Shown: piece after piece, positions 8,272 through 16,688 of the stretch
How positions within the stretch are numbered: position 1 is the stretch's first letter
How the letters are laid out: every line of letters begins with the position of its first letter
NCBI GenBank assembly: GCA_038240835.1
Contig: JBBRGJ010000001.1
Coordinates: 3,776-67,775 of the forward strand
DNA: 64,000 bases
Reading direction: 5' to 3'
Origin: Bacteroidales bacterium
GTDB taxonomy: Bacteria; Bacteroidota; Bacteroidia; Bacteroidales; WCHB1-69
The notes under the pieces: model-generated
What the model was told of the DNA's origin: nothing
The model's input: only the letters and a program-made list of their open reading frames with translations
Database searches by the model: none
Translations under genes and position numbers: made by a program

Positions 8272-9447
8272 ATGATTACCTTTGAAAAAGCCCTTCGTAC
8301 TGTCCTTGACTCATCTTTTTTAATTGGAGAAGAGGACGTCTCTATTTTGGATTCACTGAACCGAGTATTATCTCAAGACGTGGTTTCTGATATGAATATG
8401 CCGCCTTTCGATAAGTCGGCCATGGATGGTTATGCATGTCGATTTCAGGATGTTAAAAATGTATTGGAAGTAGTGGAGACAATTCCCGCAGGAAAATTCC
8501 CCGAAAAAGAAATTTTTGAAAATCAGTGTGCCAAAATAATGACCGGTGCCAAACTTCCAGTAGGAGCCGATTGTGTGATAATGGTGGAACATACTGAAAA
8601 CGTTGGAGAGGATAAAATTCGTTTTACCAAAGAGACAACCAACAAAAATATTTGCTATTTGGCCGAAGATGTAAAAGAAAACGATATTGTGCTCACCAAA
8701 GGAACGCTCGTCAAACCACAGCATATTGCTATTTTATCCGCAGTGGGCGCTGTTGCTGTACATGTGTTCAAAAAACCTCGAGTGGCTGTCATCGCGACTG
8801 GGGACGAATTGGTTGAACCTTTTTTTAAACCAGAAAAATCACAAATTCGAAACAGTAACGGTTATCAGATGGTGTCGCAAGTGACAAGTTGTGGAGGAAT
8901 TGCCAACTACATGGGAATTGTTCGCGACGATGAAGATTATTCCATTGCATTGATTTCCAAAGCGTTGATGGAGAATGATATTGTGCTCCTTTCGGGAGGA
9001 GTTTCAATGGGCGATTTCGATTTTGTGGGTGCAGCACTCAAAAAAAATGGAATCAATATCCTTTTTGATAGTGTGGCGATTCAACCGGGAAAACCAACAA
9101 CTTTTGGTGTGGGAAATAAAAAAATCTGTTTCGGAATGCCCGGAAATCCAGTCTCCTCATTTATTCAGTTTGAACTATTGGCAAAACCATTGATTCAAAA
9201 AATGAACGGTAGAGATGTCGAAATAGCTTCCCAGAAACTGCCATTGAAGAAAGATTTTTATAGAAAGAAAGCGGAACGATTGGCAATTGTGCCTAGTCAT
9301 ATTCATGCCGATTATACGGTAGAACCAGTAAATTATCATGGTTCGGCTCATATTTTCTCATTAGGAGATGCCGATTCTATCATGTTTATTCCAATGGGTG
9401 TGAATGAATTAAAAGCAGGAGATTTAGTAGATGTTAGACAAATTTAA
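8272..9447 (+). CDS. moeA: molybdopterin molybdenumtransferase MoeA
   Basis: MPPFDKSAMDGYA and PGNPVS motifs. The start is taken at ATG 8272 because the TTG at 8233 lies upstream of the predicted -7 box. Confidence 0.85.
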   Translation: MITFEKALRTVLDSSFLIGEEDVSILDSLNRVLSQDVVSDMNMPPFDKSAMDGYACRFQDVKNVLEVVETIPAGKFPEKEIFENQCAKIMTGAKLPVGADCVIMVEHTENVGEDKIRFTKETTNKNICYLAEDVKENDIVLTKGTLVKPQHIAILSAVGAVAVHVFKKPRVAVIATGDELVEPFFKPEKSQIRNSNGYQMVSQVTSCGGIANYMGIVRDDEDYSIALISKALMENDIVLLSGGVSMGDFDFVGAALKKNGINILFDSVAIQPGKPTTFGVGNKKICFGMPGNPVSSFIQFELLAKPLIQKMNGRDVEIASQKLPLKKDFYRKKAERLAIVPSHIHADYTVEPVNYHGSAHIFSLGDADSIMFIPMGVNELKAGDLVDVRQI

Positions 9448-10231
9448 TAGAGATATAAGCTATCTTCGGATATCTGTAACCGACCGATGCAATTTGCGGT
9501 GTACATACTGCATGCCCGAAGAGGGGATGAAACTGTTGTCGCACAATGATATACTTACGTTCGAAGAGATTGTGGAAATTGTTGAGGTAGGTGTGAAATT
9601 GGGAATTTCAAAAGTTAGAATTACGGGGGGCGAACCCTTGGTGAGAAAAGGAATTGTAGATTTGGTTTCCAAAATTGCTCAAATCGATGGAATCGAAGAT
9701 TTATCCATGACAACCAATGGGATTTTGTTGAAACAATTTGCCGCCGACCTGAAAAAAGCGGGCCTGCATCGCTTAAATATTAGTTTGGATACATTGGATG
9801 CCAATAAATATAGCGAAATTTCCCGTGGAGGAAAATTAAGCGAAGCATTGGAAGGAATTATGGAGGCTAAAAAGATTGGATTTTCGCCCATCAAAATCAA
9901 CTGTGTGATTGTTGAAAATGCGCAAGAACCCGATGCAATCGCGGTAAAAGAGTTTTCCGAAAAACATGGTTTTTTTGTGCGTTATATTCACCAGATGAAT
10001 TTAAATACAGGTGAATTTTCTGTCGTCGAAGGGGGCGATGGAGGTAATTGTATTAACTGCAGCCGCTTAAGATTAACTGCCAATGGAGATTTAAAACCTT
10101 GCCTTTTCAACGATATTTCGTTTAATGTGCACGAGTTTGGAATTGAAGAAGCTTATAAATTGGCCATCGAGAAGAAACCAAAGTGTGGAACTTACAATAA
10201 TACTGGAGAATTTTATAACATAGGAGGTTAA
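9431..10231 (+). CDS. moaA: GTP 3',8-cyclase MoaA, compact 266-aa form
   Basis: Radical-SAM CNLRCTYC, second cluster CxxCx13C (CINCSRLRLTANGDLKPC) and a C-terminal GG. Overlaps moeA by 17 nt. Confidence 0.85.
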   Translation: MLDKFNRDISYLRISVTDRCNLRCTYCMPEEGMKLLSHNDILTFEEIVEIVEVGVKLGISKVRITGGEPLVRKGIVDLVSKIAQIDGIEDLSMTTNGILLKQFAADLKKAGLHRLNISLDTLDANKYSEISRGGKLSEALEGIMEAKKIGFSPIKINCVIVENAQEPDAIAVKEFSEKHGFFVRYIHQMNLNTGEFSVVEGGDGGNCINCSRLRLTANGDLKPCLFNDISFNVHEFGIEEAYKLAIEKKPKCGTYNNTGEFYNIGG

Positions 10232-10684
10232 ATGAAACAATTTTCTCATACCGATAAACAGGGAAAAGCAAATATGGTAGATGTGGGAGATAAAATTCCA
10301 CAACTTCGCATAGCAAAAGCAACGGGTAAAATATTGCTTTCAGCTGATACACTGAAACTTATTCAGGAAAATCTGATGAAGAAAGGAGATGTGCTTACGA
10401 TTGCCAACATTGCTGGAATTCAAGCGGCAAAACAGACCTCTTCGCTCATTCCACTCTGTCACCCGTTGCAAATTACCAAAGCGGATGTAAAAACAACTCT
10501 TTGCGAAGATGGTGTGATTGCCACCAGCGAAGTGAGATGCATTGGACAAACAGGAATAGAAATGGAGGCACTCACAGGAGTAGGCATCGCATTATTGACC
10601 ATTTATGATATGTGCAAAGCTGTCGATAAATCGATGGTGATTGAAGGAATTAGACTCATTGAAAAAACAAAAACTGATATTTAA
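10232..10684 (+). CDS. moaC: cyclic pyranopterin monophosphate synthase MoaC
   Basis: FSHTDKQGKANMVDVGDK and LIPLCHPL motifs. The ATG abuts the moaA stop. Confidence 0.9.
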   Translation: MKQFSHTDKQGKANMVDVGDKIPQLRIAKATGKILLSADTLKLIQENLMKKGDVLTIANIAGIQAAKQTSSLIPLCHPLQITKADVKTTLCEDGVIATSEVRCIGQTGIEMEALTGVGIALLTIYDMCKAVDKSMVIEGIRLIEKTKTDI

Positions 10685-10685
10685 T

Positions 10686-11615
10686 ATGCAAACAATTAAG
10701 ATATTATCTGTAAATACATCAGAGAAAAAAGGCATTGTTAAAACACCCGTTGCTAAAATTGAACTTTCTGAAGTTGGAATTAAAAATGATGCTCATGCAG
10801 GACCTTGGCACCGACAAATAAGCCTTTTGGGAAAAGAGAGTTTTGATAAGTTCTCTATCGAAGCAAAACGTGAAATTCTTTTTGGCGAGTTTGCCGAAAA
10901 CATCACGACCGAAGGTGTCATTTTATATAAAACATCGCCGTTAGATATTTTTAAAAATAAAGAGTTGGAATTGATGGTCACACAAATTGGCAAAAAATGT
11001 CATGGCGATAGTTGTGCGATTTTTCGAGAAGTGGGCAATTGTGTGATGCCAAAAGAGGGGATATTTGCCAAAGTGATTCGCGGTGGCGAAATGAAAGCCG
11101 GCGACGTGTTAGAATATCACCCAAAAATATATAAAGTGAAAGTGATAACGCTTAGCGATCGTGCCAGCAGAGGCGAATATGAAGATTTAAGCGGTCCGGA
11201 AGTTGCCAAAATAGTCCAAACTTATTTCGAAAAAGCAAACAAACTGGTCACCACAGAAGTGGTAGTCATTCCTGACGATGAGGAACAATTGAAACAGATT
11301 TGTATGATGGATAAAAATCATTACGACGTTATTATTACCACCGGCGGAACAGGAATTGGGCCAAGAGACATAACTCCTGACGTAATTCGACCTCTTTTAG
11401 ATAAAGAAATTCCAGGAATTATGGAAATAATCCGTGTTCGTTATGGGATGGAAAAACCCAATGCATCGCTCAGCCGAAGCATCGCTGGAGTGATGGGAAG
11501 CACCTTGGTTTACACCTTGCCAGGAAGCGTAAAAGCCGTAAGAGAATACATGGATGAAATCCTGAAAACACTCGAACACCTTGTCTACATGCAATATGGG
11601 TTGGATGCTCATTAA
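10686..11615 (+). CDS. MOSC domain fused to a MogA/MoaB-type molybdopterin adenylyltransferase domain
   Basis: N-terminal MOSC-like region (GEFAENITTEG). C-terminal MoaB/Mog region (ITLSDRASRGEYEDLSGP, ITTGGTGIGPRDITPD). ATG 10686 lies 2 nt after the moaC stop. Confidence 0.75.
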   Translation: MQTIKILSVNTSEKKGIVKTPVAKIELSEVGIKNDAHAGPWHRQISLLGKESFDKFSIEAKREILFGEFAENITTEGVILYKTSPLDIFKNKELELMVTQIGKKCHGDSCAIFREVGNCVMPKEGIFAKVIRGGEMKAGDVLEYHPKIYKVKVITLSDRASRGEYEDLSGPEVAKIVQTYFEKANKLVTTEVVVIPDDEEQLKQICMMDKNHYDVIITTGGTGIGPRDITPDVIRPLLDKEIPGIMEIIRVRYGMEKPNASLSRSIAGVMGSTLVYTLPGSVKAVREYMDEILKTLEHLVYMQYGLDAH

Positions 11616-11657
11616 TCTTTGAAAGCCAATTGACAATAATATAAAAGTGCATATTTT

Positions 11658-12404
11658 TCACCAATTATCAAACACTGATTTAGATTCTACTGCATTTTCC
11701 ACATCATCCGGCAGTTGATAAAAGAAATCTATATTGGTTTGTTTTTCCAACTCATCTATGGAAACCACAAAAAAGGAGAGTGGTTTGGTGGACCCTTCGT
11801 TTTTTAGGATAAAAGCTATGGCTTTGGCTGGTTTGGGAGGATCGTAGAATAAAATTGCTTTGTAAAATCTGGTTGGAGCGCCAATTTTACCTTTGCCAAT
11901 GTATTCGATAAAGGAATCTAATATCGGACCAGTGGCTACGTAAATTGTACCATATTTTTCGGCCCAAGTTCTCACTTTTTCTTCTAAGTTTTTCCATATT
12001 ACTCGGTTGAATTGAGGTTTTTGTGGACTCATATTCGAGAAATAAAACGACTCGGTCATGGTTTGCATACTTCTGCTCATATCGGCCGCTGGAGCCAGGT
12101 GCCCTTTGTCGTAACCCGATTTTTTATAATCATTATTGGAACCTTGACCTGTTCTGGAAATTTCGGGATCGGCCACAAATTTATTGGTTCGTTTAAACTT
12201 CACACCATCCGATGCACTAAGAGGATATGCTACCCAATATGCTTGCTTGTGAGTGGTGGAGAACGAAATCTGCATTCCCGTTTTCTTTAATATCTGCTGA
12301 TCGGTAAATGTGCTTTTGGGAAGCTCATACTGAATGATGTTTTGAGAAAAAAGCAGACTTGGGATAAAGTAGATAATACTTAGGAATAACCATCTTTTTT
12401 TCAT
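11658..12404 (-). CDS. secreted DNA/RNA non-specific endonuclease (Serratia nuclease / DRGH family)
   Basis: Signal peptide. DKGHLAPAADM (DRGH-type active site) and SNMSPQ..FNR motifs. Confidence 0.8.
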   Translation of the reverse strand: MKKRWLFLSIIYFIPSLLFSQNIIQYELPKSTFTDQQILKKTGMQISFSTTHKQAYWVAYPLSASDGVKFKRTNKFVADPEISRTGQGSNNDYKKSGYDKGHLAPAADMSRSMQTMTESFYFSNMSPQKPQFNRVIWKNLEEKVRTWAEKYGTIYVATGPILDSFIEYIGKGKIGAPTRFYKAILFYDPPKPAKAIAFILKNEGSTKPLSFFVVSIDELEKQTNIDFFYQLPDDVENAVESKSVFDNW

Positions 12405-12497
12405 GCGAATGTTCTTTTTTTTGTAAAAGTATCCATTTTCTGAGAGATTAGTTGTAATTTTAACATCAAAAACAATTTAGTACATAATATTTTAACG

Positions 12498-14570
12498 ATG
12501 AAAAAATTAATTCTATTGGTTTGTGCTTTTACAACAGTCTGTGTATTAGCTCAAAACACAAAAACGATAGGTTTAGCCAAAGGCTTAAAAGATAAAAGTA
12601 TGAATGATAAAATTACACCTGAGTTTTTGTGGCAACTTGGTAGGGCTGGAGATATTAAGATTTCACCCGACGGAACAAAAGTCCTCTACGGAGTAACTAC
12701 TTACAGCATTTCTGCAAACAAAGGAAACCGTGAATTGTATGTCATTTCTGTGGATGGTGGTGAACCTAAACGGTTGACAGAAACTCCAAACAGTGAATTC
12801 AACGCTATTTGGCGTCCCGATGGAAAAAAAATTGGATACATCTCTGCCGAAGGCGGAACTCCTCAAATTTGGGAGATGAATCCTGATGGAACCGAAAAAG
12901 TTAAAATTTCCAACATCGCCAGTGGCGTGAATGGATTTGCTTATTCGCCAACGATGAAAAATATTTTGTTTACGACGGAAGTGAAACTTGATGCAACAGT
13001 TCAAGATACTTATCCCGATTTGCCAGAAGCAAATGCGATGATTTACACCGAATTGATGTATCGCCACTGGGATGCGTGGTCGGATCAATCGTATAGCCAT
13101 ATTTTTGTTCTTTCTTACCCAATTCCTGCCGTTAATCAAGGCAAAGATATTATGCCAAACGAGAGATGGGACGCACCAATTACCCCAGATGGCGGAATGG
13201 AACAAGTTGCATGGGATAATACTGGAAATAAAATTGCCTATACGTCTAAAAAATCTTTTGGAAAAGAGTATGCTACATCAACTAATTCTGATATCTATTT
13301 GTATGATTTAGTGTCGGATAAAACCACCAACATAAGTGCTCCTAATCCTGGATACGATATGGATCCTGTATTTTCTCCAGATGGAAAATATATTGTTTGG
13401 AATAGTATGAAAACAGCGGGTTTTGAGTCGGATAAGAAAAGAATCATCATCTATAATCTTGCGACTTCCAAAGCGGAAGATTTTTCGGCAAATTTTGATC
13501 AAAGTTCTTCCAGTTTTGTCTGGAGCAACGATAGCAAATCACTTTATTTCATCAGCGGTATTCATGCTACGTATCAATTGTATCAATTAGAAATTGGTAA
13601 GAAAAAAATAACTCAAATTACCCAAGGAAGACACGATTACACGGAATTGCAATTTGCTAAAAACAATAAATTGATTGGTTCAAAAATGTCGATGTCTATG
13701 CCTTCCGAAATTTTTTCGATAGAAGTAAAAACTGGCGTTGAAAAACAAATTTCGAATGTGAATACTGAAAAAATGGCAAGAGTGGCCAAAGGGAAAGTCG
13801 AAGAGCGTTGGATTGAAACTACCGATGGCAAGAAAATGTTGACATGGGTTATCTATCCTCCAAATTTTGATCCTAACATAAAATATCCAACCTTGCTTTA
13901 TACTCAAGGCGGACCTCAAAGTGCCATCAGTCAATTTTGGTCGTATCGTTGGAATTTCCAAATTATGGCTGCCAATGGTTACATTATCGTTGCTCCTAAC
14001 AGAAGAGGATTGCCAACATTTGGACAGGAATGGAATGACCAAATTAGCCAAGATTATGGTGGCCAAAATCAAGTTGACTGTCTTACTGCCATCGATACTT
14101 TGTGTAAAGAACCATTTGTAAATAAAGATAAATTAGGTGCTGTGGGCGCCAGTTATGGTGGATTCTCTGTATATTGGTTGGCAGGAAATCATAACAAACG
14201 TTTCAAAGCATTTATCTCACATTGTGGCATGTTCAATTTCGAAAGTTGGTATGGCACTACCGAGGAATCTTTCTTTGCTAATCACGATTTAGGTGGTGCT
14301 TATTACAACAAAAATCGTCCAAAAAGTTACGATTTCTCTCCACATCGTTTCATCGGTAATTGGGATACTCCAATACTAGTAATTCATGGCGGAAACGACT
14401 TCAGAATCCCTTACACCGAAGGAATGCAAGCATTTAATGCCGCTCAAATGAAAGATATTCCAAGTAAATTTTTGTTCTTCCCCGAGGAGTCACATTTTGT
14501 CCTAAAACCACAAAACTCGATTCTCTGGCAACGCGAATTTTTTAAATGGTTTGACTCTTATTTGAAATAA
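12498..14570 (+). CDS. S9 family serine peptidase (beta-propeller plus alpha/beta hydrolase)
   Basis: 690 aa with a signal peptide. Nucleophile motif GASYGGF, C-terminal D and H (HGGNDFR, EESHF). Confidence 0.85.
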   Translation: MKKLILLVCAFTTVCVLAQNTKTIGLAKGLKDKSMNDKITPEFLWQLGRAGDIKISPDGTKVLYGVTTYSISANKGNRELYVISVDGGEPKRLTETPNSEFNAIWRPDGKKIGYISAEGGTPQIWEMNPDGTEKVKISNIASGVNGFAYSPTMKNILFTTEVKLDATVQDTYPDLPEANAMIYTELMYRHWDAWSDQSYSHIFVLSYPIPAVNQGKDIMPNERWDAPITPDGGMEQVAWDNTGNKIAYTSKKSFGKEYATSTNSDIYLYDLVSDKTTNISAPNPGYDMDPVFSPDGKYIVWNSMKTAGFESDKKRIIIYNLATSKAEDFSANFDQSSSSFVWSNDSKSLYFISGIHATYQLYQLEIGKKKITQITQGRHDYTELQFAKNNKLIGSKMSMSMPSEIFSIEVKTGVEKQISNVNTEKMARVAKGKVEERWIETTDGKKMLTWVIYPPNFDPNIKYPTLLYTQGGPQSAISQFWSYRWNFQIMAANGYIIVAPNRRGLPTFGQEWNDQISQDYGGQNQVDCLTAIDTLCKEPFVNKDKLGAVGASYGGFSVYWLAGNHNKRFKAFISHCGMFNFESWYGTTEESFFANHDLGGAYYNKNRPKSYDFSPHRFIGNWDTPILVIHGGNDFRIPYTEGMQAFNAAQMKDIPSKFLFFPEESHFVLKPQNSILWQREFFKWFDSYLK

Positions 14571-14752
14571 AAAAAGATAAGCTTTCTGGGTGAGTTATGG
14601 ATCTTCTGGTTCGTGTAGTTTATCCAAAAAAGTCTTCATTGTATAAACGTAAAATGGATTTCTGTTTTTGAGAGAAAACAATGAATATCCTTTTACTTGC
14701 AGATTAATTGTTTTAAAAATAGTTGGGCAAACCAAACAGGGAAAAAATGTGT

Positions 14753-15544
14753 ATGAAAAAATGGATGTTATTATTGTTGGTGGTTTTTGGCATGAATCAA
14801 CTTTTTGCCGGATGGAAATTTATCGAAAAAAAGTCCAATCCACAAGGACTGACTTCGTTTGATACCATTGTTGTTCAGAATAATAAAATGCGCTCTGGCT
14901 CCAAAGAGGCAACTTATATCTACGATTTGGATGGTCAGAAGATAACGGTTATGAATAACTTTTATCGTACTTATTGGACGGGAACTCCTGATCAATATAG
15001 AGAAGGTGTTTTGTCAGGATTGAAAGAACAAATCGAGCTAATTATTAATCGTTTACCGAAAGAGAAACAGGTTGAATCGAGAGCAAAATTAGAGGGGATA
15101 ATGCAAGAAATGCAAAATCCGACCGCTGGTAAATCGGCTGGAATCGTAGTGGATGTGAAAAAAATTATTGACAAAATCATGATTTTGGGATACAATACTC
15201 AACGATACGAATTTTGGATTGAGGGGAAAAAGAAACTTTCCATTTGGGTGTCCGAGAAAATATTAATCAACAACGATTTTAATTTGGTGAAATTCGGACA
15301 GCTTATGCAACGGTTGATGTCTAACAATCCTAAGTTAGCGATAAAATCATCGGCTCAGTACATTGATGTGCTTAAAAAAGGTTATCCATTAAAAACAATA
15401 GAATACCTTGGAGGCGGAGAGATTGCCAGCGAATTGGTTTTTGCTAAAAAAGGAAATTATTCCAACTCTTTATTTGCGCCCTCATCTCAATTTAAAATCG
15501 TTCCTCTTGCTACACTTATTAAATCTATGAAAATAAAAGGATAA
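14753..15544 (+). CDS. hypothetical secreted protein
   Basis: Signal peptide MKKWMLLLLVVFGMNQLFA begins at an internal ATG (14753; alternative 14747). No confident family. Confidence 0.6.
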   Translation: MKKWMLLLLVVFGMNQLFAGWKFIEKKSNPQGLTSFDTIVVQNNKMRSGSKEATYIYDLDGQKITVMNNFYRTYWTGTPDQYREGVLSGLKEQIELIINRLPKEKQVESRAKLEGIMQEMQNPTAGKSAGIVVDVKKIIDKIMILGYNTQRYEFWIEGKKKLSIWVSEKILINNDFNLVKFGQLMQRLMSNNPKLAIKSSAQYIDVLKKGYPLKTIEYLGGGEIASELVFAKKGNYSNSLFAPSSQFKIVPLATLIKSMKIKG

Positions 15545-15551
15545 TATAGAA

Positions 15552-16286
15552 ATGAAAAAGTTAAATTTAATAATCCTATTAATCTCAATTTTTTACCTGA
15601 ATTATAGTTTCGCTCAATGCCCCAGAGGAAGAGTAAATAGTGCTAACTGTTGCGGAGCTCATTACGATGCCAATAAAAACTTTATTTGTGATTACTCTGA
15701 AGTAAAAACAGTGGTGGAATCTGAAAAAGAGCCAGAAAAAGAGGTAAAAAAAGTTGAGGTCGTATCTGTTGAAAAAAATCTAACTGTGGCTCAGCACGAT
15801 AAATCAAAATCGTGTGCTGGTTGTAAACATAAATGTTCAGAATCATCGGAGAACGTTGAAGCAGTTGCCTCTTCGGAAGAGGATGAGTTCAAATCGATGG
15901 ATGAAGAGGTAGATACTACTTCTGTTACGGCTACGGAGCTCGAAGCAATTGATAAACCGAAAGAAAAACCATATAGTTTGATTTTTATCTCTCTACTTAC
16001 CTTTGGACTATATGCATTTACATGGGCATTGGCTAAATTAAAAAAGATTAAACTATCCTTACACCGTAAGATTTGGAATGTAATTTTGTTCCTGACTTTT
16101 TTGGTCTCTTGCCTTTTCGGGTTTTTCCTCGTAATCCAACTTAATTATGATTTCGTAATGGATTGGTATAAAACTCTCATTTATTGGCATGTTCAATTTG
16201 GTATTGCTATGACCATTATTGCTTTCTTTCACGCAATATGGCACACCAAATATTACATCAATATGTTCAAACAGAAAAAGAATTAA
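15552..16286 (+). CDS. hypothetical membrane protein: signal peptide, Cys-rich head, acidic linker, His-containing TM bundle
   Basis: 244 aa. CPRGRVNSANCCGAHYDANKNFIC, then an E/K/S-rich region with CAGCKHKC, then 3-4 TM helices containing HVQFG..FFHAIWH. Confidence 0.6.
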   Translation: MKKLNLIILLISIFYLNYSFAQCPRGRVNSANCCGAHYDANKNFICDYSEVKTVVESEKEPEKEVKKVEVVSVEKNLTVAQHDKSKSCAGCKHKCSESSENVEAVASSEEDEFKSMDEEVDTTSVTATELEAIDKPKEKPYSLIFISLLTFGLYAFTWALAKLKKIKLSLHRKIWNVILFLTFLVSCLFGFFLVIQLNYDFVMDWYKTLIYWHVQFGIAMTIIAFFHAIWHTKYYINMFKQKKN

Positions 16287-16299
16287 ATTCAAGTTCAAC

Positions 16300-16625
16300 A
16301 CTGAGACATTTATCTACCAGCTTGCTAGGTAGATTTATCTAACAGCTTGCTGGTAGACTAAGATTTCTGTATTTTTCTTCCTTTGTGAAACTTTGTGAAA
16401 CTTTGTGTCTTCTTTGTGTCACTTTGTGTAATAGCATAAACTTTTCAGCTATGCCACAAAATACACAAAGAAGGCACAAAAGACACAAAGACCACTTTTT
16501 TCTTACTTCTTACTTTTTATTTCTTATTATTTCTTACTTCATTTCACGTTTCACTTTTCACGTTTTGTTCACTGAGCCTGTCGAAGTGCACCTTCTTCTT
16601 CTTCTTCCTCTTCCTCACTTCTATT
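16300..16625. repeat. modular intergenic repeat block F
   Basis: Hairpin module copies 16308-16332 and 16333-16362. Also the ctttgtg/cacaaag hairpin 16377-16494, cttactt runs, ttcacg runs and tcactgagcctgtcgaagtgcac 16569-16591. Confidence 0.85.
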
Positions 16626-16661
16626 TTAATGTTAATATTTCAACCTAAACACATTTTTTCG

Positions 16662-16669
16662 TAAATTTG
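16662..16669 (+). promoter_or_regulatory. -7 box TAAATTTG upstream of topB
   Basis: TAnnTTTG match 20 nt before ATG 16689. Confidence 0.45.
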
Positions 16670-16688
16670 TCAAAATTGAAAGTCTATA

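Noticed and set aside
12663-13205. A 180-aa antisense ORF inside the S9 peptidase gene. Similar antisense ORFs are 48215..48649, 5987..6373, 61750..62148, 13680..14072, 8368..8724 and 2117..2467.
   Set aside because: Each is fully nested antisense to a CDS with strong family motifs. Their composition (rich in F, I, N, R, C, H) is typical of antisense frames in AT-rich genes.
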